Shown here one piece after another: positions 47,629 to 59,840 of a stretch of DNA of 64,000 nt. The DNA comes from Tricharina praecox (lineage: Eukaryota): contig NW_026250407.1 of NCBI RefSeq assembly GCF_024521635.1, positions 310,001 through 374,000 on the forward strand. The letters are read 5' to 3'. A program made the translations under genes and the position numbers. How positions within the stretch are numbered: position 1 is the first letter of the stretch; every line of letters begins with the position of its first letter. The notes beneath the pieces were generated by a model. The model ran no database searches. It was not told the origin of the DNA and was given only the letters and a program-made list of their open reading frames with translations.

Positions 47629-49280
47629 TGGCGCAACCTTTTTTTTCGGGAGGAAATTACGCTTGGGATTCGCACACGATCTGTTTCATGGCGGGCAGTA
47701 GATTGGATTTCCACCAGGTGGGGATGGTTTTTGATTCTGCCCATCTAACGCGACATACGATTCGTTACGACAATGAAAATCCTCAAGGAATGGGTGGGAT
47801 TGGTTTCGGTTGTGTCTTTTTTCCCTTCGTCCGTGAGCATCATCATCTTCTCCTTGCTGTCCGATGGGTTTCTTTGGGAAAGATAAAAAAGTGTGGGCGG
47901 CTTGCGATTCTCTTTTACATTTCCTTGTCTCTCTCTCCTGGCATTCGGCGCTGAGTTTACTTGTTTTTTTATGTTCTGTCTGTGTTCTGGTTGTGCTTTC
48001 TGCAACAAAGTGGGGCTTTGAGCTGCAGGGGACAACGTGGCTGATGTAGCCAGAGACCTGCCGCTTGGTCTATTTGAGTGTTCTGGCGCTGGTGAATGGT
48101 TTTTTCCATCTCTTTTTTGCATGTTTTGCATTGGAATTTGATACTGCCCAGAAGGTAGTGCTCAAGACAAATTCTATCGGATTTTCTCGTCTGGATTATC
48201 ATTATTTGTTTTTGTTTTTTTTCGATTTTTGTTTTCTGCTTCCTTCAAATGATTTTTACTGGATTCGGTTTTTTTGTTTTTGTTTTTGTTTCTTTTTTGT
48301 TCAAGTCATCATGGTGTTGCGGCAAACTTATAGAACTGGGGAAATTCATCTGTTAAATCAATCACTTCAATTCACATTGCAATTGTTTTCGTTGAACTCT
48401 GGACTTTGGGCTTGGGACTCATTTCCGCGGGAGACGTTGGACGTTGACTCGTCGATTGGGTCCGTCCATCCATCGCATGTGTGCGAGAGGTGAGAGGTGA
48501 GAGAAAAGGGGCATCGAGGCCCTACGATACTCTACAGAGCTCGAGGCGCTTCCTTCCCACTGACTGACTGACTTGTTTGTGTTTATGTTTCTCCGCCGAG
48601 CGAGCGCTGACTTTCCCGCTGTTTCCCATAGGTACTCTCGCTCATCGATCATCGACTCCTGTATGTACCGGTATCGGTATGAGGTTTGGGGAGGTTTGGG
48701 GAGGTTTGGTTTTGGGAGGTTTGGGAAGGTTTGGGCAGGCTGCATGGGGAAAGAAGCCAGAGTGGGGAGTGGAGAGTGGGGCATAACTAAGTGGGGCGGG
48801 TTGGGTGGGTTAGGGGGTGGGTTGGGTTGGGTGGGGGTTGTTGCTGTGTCGTCGTCGTATCCACACCAGACCGCTGAGCGCTCAGACACTCTTTGGCCAT
48901 CGTCTCGCCTCGTCGGCTGTGCGTGGGTGCTTGGGTAGCCGATCGCTCGCTCCTTCTCGCTTTTACCCGCCGCTGTCGGTTGGGGATTTACTTTTGCTTT
49001 TCTTGGTTTTTTCTTTTTTTTTGTGTTTTCTTTTTTGCTTTGGTTCGGTGAGGGGGGGAAGAAGGGATGGGGGCGGCGGCGGGGATATAGCTGCGCTATG
49101 TACTCTGGGTACGCAGTAAGGAGGTATTGCGTGAATTCTAGTGACCAGGCGAAATAAGTGGTTAAGTTGATATATCTACTGCTAGTGGTAACGGGTTATG
49201 GGCGCCGATGGCAGATGCTGCTGCGGTGTGTGGATCTGAAACTGTGCCTTTTTTATTTATCTGGTTCTTATTTGGGGAAT

Positions 49281-49444
49281 GGATTGGATTGGATTGGATT
49301 GGATTGGATTGGATTGGATTGGATTGGATTGGATTGGATTGGATTGGATTGGATTGGATTGGATTGGATTGGATTGGATTGGATTGGATTGGATTGGATT
49401 GGATTGGATTGGATTGGATTGGATTGGATTGGATTGGATTGGAT
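49281..49444. repeat. (GGATT)32 perfect pentanucleotide microsatellite
   Basis: 160 bp of uninterrupted GGATT from 49281 to 49440. Confidence 0.98.
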
Positions 49445-51785
49445 GGTTTGGGTTGTCCTTGCTTCGGTCCGAGGTGGGGTGAGTGAATGAGGAAGGGAGT
49501 GATCGAGGAAGTGAGCGAGAGAGTGAGGGAGCAAGGGAGTGGGCGGCCTCGGTTCCGCAGCGTGGGGTCGAGGTCGAAATCGAGGTCATGGCCGTTGTTG
49601 TTGCAGTTCTTGTTATGTAGGGGAGGGCAAGTACCGGTGGCAGTGGCAGTAGTCCCCAGCAGCAGCGATTACCGAGCCATCCGGAACCGCTCCGGGACAT
49701 GGTAGATACTCTACTCTAGCGGCGGCAAGTCGATTTAGATTTGGTTATTTTTTGTCGGGGGTTGGGGGAGGCAGACAGACTCCAGAGACTCTCTAGAGTA
49801 CTCTATGTACCATGGACGGCGATGTTGGCCCAAGCGGCGGCGGCGGCTGATTCCTTCCTTTTAGAAGCATGAAGGTTGCGTTCGGCTGGGTTGGGTTGGG
49901 TTGTCGTGTGCGTCCCGGCTGAGAAGCACGGGATTTACCCGTCCCCCGTCCCCCGTCCCCCGTCCCCCGTCCCCGTCCCCCGTCCCCTTCCTGAGAGAGC
50001 GAGCGAGGGAGCGAGGGAGCGGCACACACATATACACACACCCCTGGTCACTGCGCCGTTCGTTCGTTGGTGGGTGGGCGGAAGACCGAGCGAGCCAACG
50101 ACGGATGTGCTCCAATAGGCGCCGGAAGCGCCGTCGCTTGCTTTAATATGTAGGACGGGGGGTCTCGGCCGATGATCGGTATATATACCTACGGTAAACA
50201 GAGAGATCTTCAATTTATTTCGGATGCAGCCTATCTACTCTACATAGACTATGGCGAACCGTCGCACTCCTTTGCTTTGCTGCCCACTCTGGCCGGCCGG
50301 CGGGCCAGCACGGTGGGGCGCCGCAGCATAGGTACTTGGGTAGGTAGGTACCACGCAAATTACATAGGGAAATCTAAGGCTCTAAGCGGGAGGCGAGTGA
50401 TGTGCGATGTGCGATGTGCGATGTGCGATGTGCGATGTGATGCGTAGTGCTCCGTCGGCGACGGTGAGGGTGAGGTGATGGTGAGGCGGGAGGGTGAGGC
50501 GAGCAAAGTTAAAACTGCCGCTCGTATAAATAGCACATCTGTCCAATGTCAGTGCCTCGGCACTTGTGTACGCTGGTATGCCGGTACGCCGGGGGCATGG
50601 ATGTCGGTCGTCCACGCTGGAGGAGATTCGGGGATGGGTGACTGTGAATCTGCGATGGCCGAGTTACCGTACCTACTACTTACATGTCATGTCTAGCTGT
50701 GGCGCAGAGAGCAAGAAGCACCCGGTGAACGAAACGCAAAGGTGGGGATTAACTTCAATATGCGGTTAAGAAACATATGGCTAGGTACGACGACGACGGT
50801 ATCGATGACGATCACCACTTTAACAAGTTAACAACTTTCAGCTGGTAGCCCAGGGGCAGGGTTGAGAACGGGGCTACATCGTATCGTTATCGATATGTGG
50901 TAGAGTAGAGTAGGATTGGCATTGGGCAGGCGGCTGGGAAGGGAATGAACGTCCACTCAACAGTAAACAGACAGCGAATTGAGGCTGGCTGACTGGCCAC
51001 GACTCACGACAAACGGACGGACGGACGTATCAAGCGGCGACGACCAGAAGGAAAAGCTTCTCACGAGCCACGACTCGGGCAACGTTAACACCCCACCCCC
51101 GGGCCCGCCCACCCGCCGGGACCAGCCTCAACCGAGAACTGTGCTAATACGTATGTATGCACGCATGCATGCACGAAGGCCCGGCGAGACATACCCCCCC
51201 AGAAATCCCGTCCAACTGTTTCAACTCCCCCCTTTCCCCACTCCCCCACCCCCGCATGTAGGGGCAAGTACTTAGGTAGGTAGGTAGATCATCGTACTCG
51301 CCTCGCCTCTTCTCGCCTCCTGCGTACCGTGTACCGCGTACCATACCGTCGCCGTCGTTCGTGCGTGCATAACCAATGTGCCGGGATGGGAATATAGGAA
51401 TATAGGAATGCCGTATATAATATATGCCGTCAGATCATCAAGCAAGCTAGCAAGCGGCTCCCAGAAAGAAAGAAACCGAGGCACATCGCTGTCCTTCAAG
51501 GTAACTACATACAACGCATAGGTGGGTAGGTGGGTACTAGTCAAGGAAGAAGATCTGAAGAAGCGAGGAATAATGTCTATTGCTACAGCTTACAGGGAAG
51601 TCCATCATCCATCAATCTCAACTGGGGTTACAGTTTCTCCCACCGGGCCGATGGATGAGAGAAATTCAAGTTAGTCGGGACTCGGTAGTTGGAGCTGGCT
51701 GGGCGATGGTCACGTCAGCTCGTGTGTGTTTGACATGGCCTACCAAGGGTTTCTCCTCTCTCCTACCTTGTCCATTGTCCATCAC

Positions 51786-51857
51786 CATACCCGAGATCAC
51801 CACCACCGCCATCACCACCACCGCCATCACCACCACCGCCATCACCACCACCGCCGC
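51786..51857. repeat. 15-bp tandem repeat (ATCACCACCACCGCC) x4
   Basis: Directly visible array. Confidence 0.9.
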
Positions 51858-52804
51858 TATCTGGACACCGTGGCTGTGGCTGGGAAAGCGTTTGCAGCTG
51901 ACCATCGATATAGTTTGTTTCGAGACCCCCCATCGTCGAAACAACCAGAATGGGTTTCTTCGCTCTAGCCTCTAGCTATGCAACAAGACAGCCGCGGGAC
52001 GTTTCATGAACATCGAACCGTCATTTATTGTCTGGGCCCTGGGGGAAAGGAAGACGATCTGGACGACATGGGATAACTAGTGGGGCTTAGGGAGAGAGAA
52101 CAAAAACATACGAGGTATGATGTCTTTGATGTTTGACTAGTACCCACCCACCCACCCACCCGGCGGATTCTGCCGCAGACCATCTCAACTTGAACCTAGG
52201 GGCCATATTCGCTCGCTCTCCAATGTACTGTGTATCTCACCCGTGGTTTCAGAAGGTTGGTCCGAGCGTCGATGTTGATGTACCTAGCCTGAAGATCTAC
52301 GTCCCTGATGAGATAGGTAGGCGGGTATGCATGGCCGCCCATCGCAACGGCAAACCAGTTTCAACTCGGCTGATCCGACAAGCAAGCAGGCATCGCGATG
52401 CCCCAGATCCTGCCGGGAATCAAAGCAGGAGGTTGAGTTCCAGAGCGAAGGCCTGAGGACGGTTCCACAGATACGAATTTGGCATGGCATGGCATGGTAT
52501 GTACACGGGCGAGCGGGTACGATACGATGACGACTCATGATCGATATTAGTACCTAGTGCGTGTCCGCCGTGCCGCCACATGCACCGCGGCCTGCCCATA
52601 TGTAGTATATGCGGGTGGTGCGGGTACGGCTGGAGGCTTATGCCTCCAGAGTCCTTCTCCAACTGAAGATATGTACCTATGATCTATCGCACATGTATCG
52701 AACGACCTCCCCACCTCCCCACCTCCCCACCCCGCTTTCTGCCGCTGAAAAGTGAAAAGTGAGTCCGTCATCTACCCACGGTGAGAACGAATGACAAATT
52801 ACGA

Positions 52805-53075
52805 ACCTGGTGAGACCAGCTGTCTTGGAGATGACGCTCTTGTCTTTGATCATGGGAAACTCAATGCGGTGCGCCTAACGTTTTGTTTCTGTTTGCTGTG
52901 ACGATTTATGTTGTCTTTGCTCGTCTTGTTTTATTTTAACTTTTGTTTCCATTATCAACATCAACATCATCATCATCATCATTATTGTCATCATTATCAT
53001 CATCAAGAAACCTCTTTACTCTGATTGATCACGTTTTTGAATGGTGAACCTTCACCCGTTTTTGGATCTCTCACT
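52805..53075 (+). repeat. Dispersed repeat family, copy C
   Basis: ACCTGGTGAGACC...ATGCGGT...(CAT)n...ATTGATCACGTTTT...CCGTTTTTGGATCTCTCACT, colinear with copy B. Confidence 0.75.
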
Positions 53076-54127
53076 GGAGGATAGCATACGCAGCTGGGGG
53101 GCTATTCGTGGGGACTCCTGTACTATGTAGTCTCCCCATTAACTATAACATCTAATCATTCTGTAGAGTATTTTGCGGGCTCCACTCCTCAGCCACAGAC
53201 TCACAGTGCTTTACCTGTACCTGTAAACGACTGTGGCCCACAGTGATCAGTACTTTACAATAAAGAACCGCAAGGAGTCACGAATCACGAATGCTGCTTC
53301 ACTGCCACCTCTAAAAACAAAAACTCATGTTCATTTTCGATGGGGGCGGGGAGTGATATTGGAGGGGGGGATTGTGGCGACGACTCCCCGAGCATTTTGC
53401 CGTCGCCATTGCGCTGATGCCCAATAGGGCTAGCCACAGCTCACGGATACTTTCTAGGATTCTGGGAGAGCTTTGATTGATTGCCCGAACCGCTGCCTTT
53501 CGTTTCGAGTTGTCGATGAAGGAGATATCATGAAGTGTCACTCGTACATACTACGAGTGAACGGTCATGACTCTTGAGGCGTCTGACAACTTGCCTCTAG
53601 TAGGGGTAATTATGGGGGTAGTTGACACCCGTGGTTTTGAGGGGTACTATCCCTCAGTCACACAAAACACAAAATACACGTAGTGTCGAGTTCCAACTTC
53701 CAAGCCCCGCACCACATATAAAAACCCCCCGCTTCCCCCCTCCTTCCCTTCTTCTCCTCTTCACTTCACTTGAAAAGAGCAGTGCACAACGGCAGTGGCA
53801 AGAGCAGAGCAGACTGACAGAATGCGCCCCTTACGTGGACGGGGTTTTTACCTTCGGGTTTCCTCTCAAACAAAAACATTGTCTTCCTGGCTTCACAGCG
53901 AGGGGACGAGGTTTTTGATCCACGTATTTGGCGTATTCCGACTGAAGCTCCCGATATTTACTACTATATAGAGCCACCACTATCTTCGATCCGGCACGGC
54001 TGCATCAAACTTAATTCTTCCCGTGGAAGGCGAGTGGGCTGTTGGTGATTAAGTGTAGGACCAGACCTTGTCACTCGTTGAAGTTTTCACTATATCCCCC
54101 TTCTTGTACCGAGGCCCTCTCCTCTAA

Positions 54128-54300
54128 GGGCCCATTTGGATGAGCTCGGTTTTAGCGAAAACTGTCAGTTTTTTCGAAAAACCGAGCAAACAAAACTGTA
54201 ACCCTGTTTGGATGGCACAAAAACTGAGAGAAAAAAACTGAAACTGTGCGGCTCCGGCGACAAAACGGGAACTGACGTCTGGAGGTCAGTTTCTTCGCCG
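54128..54300. mobile_element. Possible truncated PIF/Harbinger-like element end
   Basis: TAA followed by GGGCCCATTTGGATG, an internal CCCTGTTTGGATG, and repeated AAACTG/CAGTTT subterminal motifs. No matching right TIR found. Confidence 0.35.
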
Positions 54301-55229
54301 ACACTCAATACCGCATTTTAACTACAACCATGGACTCCCCTTCCGACAAGGGGCTACAATGCGTCTGCTATTAAAGTTCAGACGAGGCCTGTTATTCAGA
54401 CTTATGGCTGAGTATACTGAGAAGTGCCAAACACTCTGTTCGCCTCAAGGTTTTCCGGAAACTGAAACTGAACAGTATTCGGTGTCCCGGCGGGGAACTG
54501 AATTTGGCTCTACAGCAGCACAGATGAGCGCATCCGGTAAGTACTGGTCTGTTGGTTCCGTCTAGGCGGCTGCCTGACCACTCACTACTAACCACTAATT
54601 GCTAGTAGTAGATAGGGTATCTACACCGTACTCGAGTAAATATGTGGCTGTGCCGGGCGAAGTTGCCGCCACTGCCTCCGCCGTAAGCTGGATTCGCCAA
54701 TACCTCAATCGCTATATTCAACAATCAGGGCTTCGAGAGCTTTCGTGGACAAAGCCCGTGTGGAGTTCATGCACGAAAACAATGCCTACATTCAGGCGGC
54801 CATCTTCCGCTTGGCTGCCGCTTGTGTTATGTACGCTACTCTATACTAGTAGCCCACCGCTGCGTTGTTCAGCAGTCGAGTCAACAATCGACTCCGAACC
54901 CTCCTACATAACCAAACATCCGCTTCTCTGTTTTATATCAACACTGCCGGCGTACTATACTAGACGGGGAATTGAGTTCGAGGCTGAGTGTGCAGGCACT
55001 GGGGCCTTACCTACCCGCGGGGCATCATGAGTCATACTCACCGGGGACCGTCGTCCAGTCATCTATGGGCATCTGTACATACAAAAGCAGACTAATTTCC
55101 CTTCGGACTTCTCTTTACAAGAGAATTCCCCCATCTACAAGTATTCCCATCATACCAGAACTTCCCCCACGATACGCCCGCGATAATGATCGACACACCC
55201 GTCCGCCCAATCCCAGAAAAACCATCACG

Positions 55230-56755
55230 ATGCCTCAATTACTCGATTTGCCAAATGAGCTCCTTCGTACCGTAGCGGATGAGCTTACCTACCTCCCCCG
55301 CGACTACCCACATCGACGATTCCAACACCCTATTGCCGCTTTTCGCCTCACCAATCGCCGCCTGGCGGAAGTTGGAAAGTCCGTCTTCCGAAACTTTTCA
55401 GCGGTTCGCGAGTGCCCGCCTGTACTGGGGTGGTGGCCTTTCTACAACCTCGCGCGGCGCCCTTTCTACAACTTCACCGTGCGGAAATATCTTTGGCTTC
55501 TTCCACAGCAGCCGGAGTTCGTACGTCCCATCGAGAACGTACATCTCAGGGAATCCGTCTATGTTAGTATGCCCTATCTGATGCCAGACTTCTTTCTCGG
55601 TGGCTACTATCTGAAGGAAAACGTCGATCTCCAACTCCCCTTTGAGATAAGACCGTACACACCAGCCTATGAGACATTCCCTTGAAGATATCGAATTTCT
55701 GGACGAGATCACCAAAGATCTTCCCCAGAACCATTGCCTGAAGTATGTCCGCCGTATAGAAATTCCGCCCGTCATCAGGGAGTACGAGAGTTATACGCAC
55801 GGCGGATGTCAAAGCGTTGTGAAATTTCAGTTTCTCCAGGCTGAAGCATTCCTGGAAGAACCGACCTCGGCGCTGTTGCTGCGACAGCTCCCATGGCTGA
55901 GATCTCTCACCATCACGGGAGTGCATATCGAGTCCCTGATGAGGGCTGGCCCGGTGGCTTGGGAGGCCATGAACATGCCGCTCTGACCCTGTCTCGTCAA
56001 CCTTGCCATCACCCCGTCATAATCCTTTGACGGCTCCATCCGCCACCAGCACTGGGACGGCTCCTACCACTGGGGCCGCGACAAGGGTTGGGACTGCAAC
56101 TATCTCACACTGCTACTCCTGGCAGCTCCAAAGCTGCGGAACCTCGTCGCGGGAGGTTTTCTATTGCCCCGGTATCCGGCGTCGGCAGTATTCAGACATA
56201 AAACACTACGAGGGCGAGGTACCCTGGTGGTACTGGACCGTGGAGCAGATGGAGTCCCTCCTCTGAAAGGGGCAGACGCGAAGTCTGGACACACTCGAAT
56301 TCATCGACTGCCGCATCGACGGCACCTGGCTGACCTCGTTCCTGCCGCACGCCGCGGCCAGCGGCTTGCGGTCGTTCCGCTACATACACCAGAATTACAG
56401 CACCAAAGCCGATCCGATCGCGATCCTCGAAGCTCTGTAGTCCAGTCCCGAGACCCACAAGCTGCTTGAGGACCTCCGGCTCTATTCCTCCCACGGGTAT
56501 CAATACCGCCCGGCCGACGCCGTCAAGATCCGGGACTCCATCGGCGAGTTTCCGGCGCTGCGGATATTCACGACTGATTATCGCGTCTTGCGGCCGGGCT
56601 CCGATGGCTTGCTTGGCGTGCAGGCCTGGAAGGATGTGTTCAACGGCGAATTGCGGCATATTGAGAGGCCGCGATCGAAGGCGCACAGGAAGAAGGCGTA
56701 TGACGATAGAATGCGCAGGCGTTGGCAGGAGGCGGTAGATAGGTTTAATGCTTGA
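55230..56755 (+). pseudogene. F-box (LRR-like C-terminus) pseudogene
   Basis: F-box start MPQLLDLPNELLRTVADEL. Frameshifts near 55680 and ~56190-56220; in-frame stops TGA 55984, TAA 56020, TGA 56264 and TAG 56438. Protein-like sequence continues to ...EAVDRFNA* at 56753-56755. Confidence 0.8.
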
Positions 56756-57279
56756 AAATGTTTTTGTTAGAGGGGGAGCAAGAGTTCGCGTCTATCAGTT
56801 TATCTCTTTCGTATGTAGCAGTGTATTATAAATTTTTCATTTTCATTTTTTTTTTCTTCAAATAACCAAGGTTCCGAAAGAGAGAAGAAAGATTGTGCAG
56901 ATCGAACCTCCAATAAGCCGATGAGCTCGGCCGAGTTCCAGTCCCGTCATGGGCCGAGTCGTCGAAATGGGCCTGTCATTCCCCCCACCCCCCATCGGAA
57001 GCAGATGCTGTGAGTGGGTTTACTCGCCACCTATTCGATCCGGAGCACTAATCATGATCCCCAACTCGCAAGACGAGTGACATCGCGACGCCACACCCGC
57101 CCAGGACGGGACGCGGGCCGGGCTGGTCCGATCGTTCGTGGGCCAGTCGGTTTCGAAGTGGGTCCTCCGCGCGCGGCTTGACTCATGGTTCGGACAGCGC
57201 TGATTTATTCTGCAGCTTTAAATATGTTCTAGCCCACACGGCAGATTTTCCCATCTTTAGATGGGCCGGCCCACCGGAC

Positions 57280-58946
57280 AGCAGACTAGCCAGGTCATGA
57301 ATAGTCCTGATTGCTTGTTGGCCGGACCATCCCCAGAAAAATTCTGGTCCCCCGTCTGGCCCAACCACAAACACGGATTCTGGCATCTGGGGCCAGTCCA
57401 TCCACAGGCAGTCTGGCCCAGCTGCCAGATTATTATGCAGGGATTTTCGAGATTTTTACCATTTCGGTTAGTTATCGCTAAGGCTAAAATTTTTCACCCT
57501 TCCCGGCACTTCAAGGTTTCCATCTCAACCAACGTAATAGAGAGTTTGCGCTTTGCGTCTAGACGCAAAAACTAGGCTGTGACCCTGTTTTCTTGGCGCT
57601 CTGGACCCGGAAATTTGTGTTTTCTCCAGACGCAAATCAAGGGTATTTGCGTCTAGACAAAACGCAAATCCAGCCTTCCACCAAATATCACCAACAACCA
57701 CCATGAACCGTCGTCGCGTCCCATATTCACCGCCAACGAGAATTAGAATGCCGTCATGCTCAGATTGTCCATAGGATATTGCTTAAAACCCAGAAAGAAC
57801 AAAAGAGTCGGATGCCACCCAAAGACCGAAAGTATGAGGTTGGATAGGTACGCTTCCAGATAAAAATTGGAAAGCAAAAAGACGTGAAATCAATGAACTC
57901 GCGATACGGCTAGATTTACTACAAGAAGTACACGCAGAAAATCGAATTGAAGAACCCCGACGAGACGTGTTGCTGCCTTGGTTGGCAGACTGTTGACCTG
58001 TCGATCTTTTGAGCAACTGCGCAAACTCTCTAAACGAACTCACAACGACCAAGTGAAAACTAGGCTAAATTTGCGTCTAGACGCAAAGCGCAAACTCTCC
58101 ATTGTCGATCAACATCTTACCATCATCACCATCATGTCCGCCGCCATCCAGCCCAATCCACACACTCCGTTTTCGGCAGAATCATTCGATGAATTCGAAA
58201 GATGGATGAATCAAGACAAAAGCAGGGTGAGTTCAATTCGAAGTTGTCATTGCCCGGATGTGGTCCCGGCTTCCAACTATCATCAAGTCTAGGTTCACCG
58301 AGCAGAAGCGCGACGAGTATTGCGACTGGGTTCGATTACACACGTATTAGCAGATTACCACCGCGGATTACTTGCCACCACGGCGGGCAGGATACTTTGA
58401 GCATACAGCTCCGGAATCGTCAGTACTGCTCGGTACAGAGCAGTACCGTTTTTCCCGCATTGCCGGGCACGGTACTGATCAGTACTGGCTGCGGCCGCAG
58501 CGGGTAGGATACATAGGGTGGTGCAGCTCCGACATCATCAGTACTGCTCGGTACCGAGCGATACTGCTATTGCCCCCATGCAGCCAACTGTACTGGCGCG
58601 TACTGGAGAGGTTGATGCTTAGTTTGTATGTAGATTGTTTTCAATTAAGGACGTAGTATTCAGTGAATCTCTTTCCTCACGGCCAGTTCTTCCTCGCGGC
58701 TAGTTCAGTGAATCTCTTCCCCCACCATCAGTTCATATTCCCGGTGGAATACTAGGCGAGCGCGGTTAAGAAAATTTGTGAGCTCGGAAAAAAACATTAA
58801 AGTTTGTGGGTGGTCCGGCCCAGCCAAAGGATTCTATGGATGGTCAGGCCCCAAGTTACCAAAACATTCTTTTTGGGCGAGCCCAGGGACCAGAATTTTT
58901 CGGGGATCGTCCGGACGCGACAGACGGCCCAGGACGGCCGTCTGCT
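57280..58946. mobile_element. Diverged inverted repeat pair (~57280-57420 and ~58815-58946) enclosing nested elements
   Basis: CCGGACCATCCCCAGAAAAATTCTGGTCCC..GGGGCC..CCATCCA on the left matches the reverse complement of TGGATGG..GGCCCC..GGGACCAGAATTTTTCGGGGATCGTCCGG on the right. Confidence 0.6.
57540..58099. mobile_element. MITE/internally deleted DNA transposon with perfect 30-bp TIRs (possibly Tc1/mariner-derived)
   Basis: GAGAGTTTGCGCTTTGCGTCTAGACGCAAA at 57540-57569 and its exact reverse complement at 58070-58099. Preceded by TA; extra partial TIR plus TA at 58019-58032. Confidence 0.85.
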
Positions 58947-59840
58947 AAGCCTTGGGTAAGATCCTGATTTCGGGCGTGGACCTTGGGTTGCCGAGTGAGA
59001 AATGGTGCATAGAGAGCCGTGATCGGGTCCGGGCGCCGCAACGTATGCCTCCGAGTGAGAACACTGACTTTTCACAGCTTGTGGAGCGGTGAGGGATGAA
59101 CTGACGCCGTTGTACGTAGGGTATCGGTGCTAAGAAAGCATCAATCGGCCGAATCATATTCACGTGACTTGGACGGTCGCCCTCCACCGTCGGACGGGGA
59201 CCGACCTGTCCGTCCTAGGCTCGGAGCGTCCGGCGTTCTGACCGTTCGTCCCGTCCGGACGATGGAGAACACTGAACTGGCCCTAACTTTTCTTTCGCTT
59301 GTTCGCGTCCTGCCTAGATCTGTAAGCTTAAACTTATGCTCAAGTATGTAGGTACATCGACTTGCTTGAATCATCGTCACATACTTTGTACGAGGGAAGT
59401 CCGCCCGATTTTAGGGTTAAGGGCTATCTGGGCCCGTAGACGGTAGTACCATAGGCAGTGGCTCGAATATAGTAAGCAAGCACCTTGAAGTTCCCTTTCC
59501 GAGTGGTTGTGCGGTTGTTGTCCTGGTTGGATATTAGGACGGATGTTAGGGGGACATCAGGACGGATATTTGTTTTTGTTCAATCATATCAACATTCGAT
59601 CAACCGGGATAGGTTTTGGCTGTCATATATCCGTTTCCACCCCACTGCTGACCCCCCGCGACGTGGGTTTCCCGTGCCCTCCGTCTGGCCATTCCCTAGG
59701 TATGTCAGAGCGCACACAGGAGAGTACATGTGACGTTTGAACGGATCAGCACGGACATGTACTTTGTTTTTGTGTAATCATTGATTGCATGCGACCTATC
59801 CAGATCATGACAACAAACACACTCCATTTCCACAACATTG

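Noticed and set aside
49158..49700. ORFs encoding WIGLD/PIQSN repeat peptides (possible RiPP or pheromone precursor)
   Set aside because: All frames arise from a perfect (GGATT)n microsatellite with no synonymous variation and no KR processing sites.
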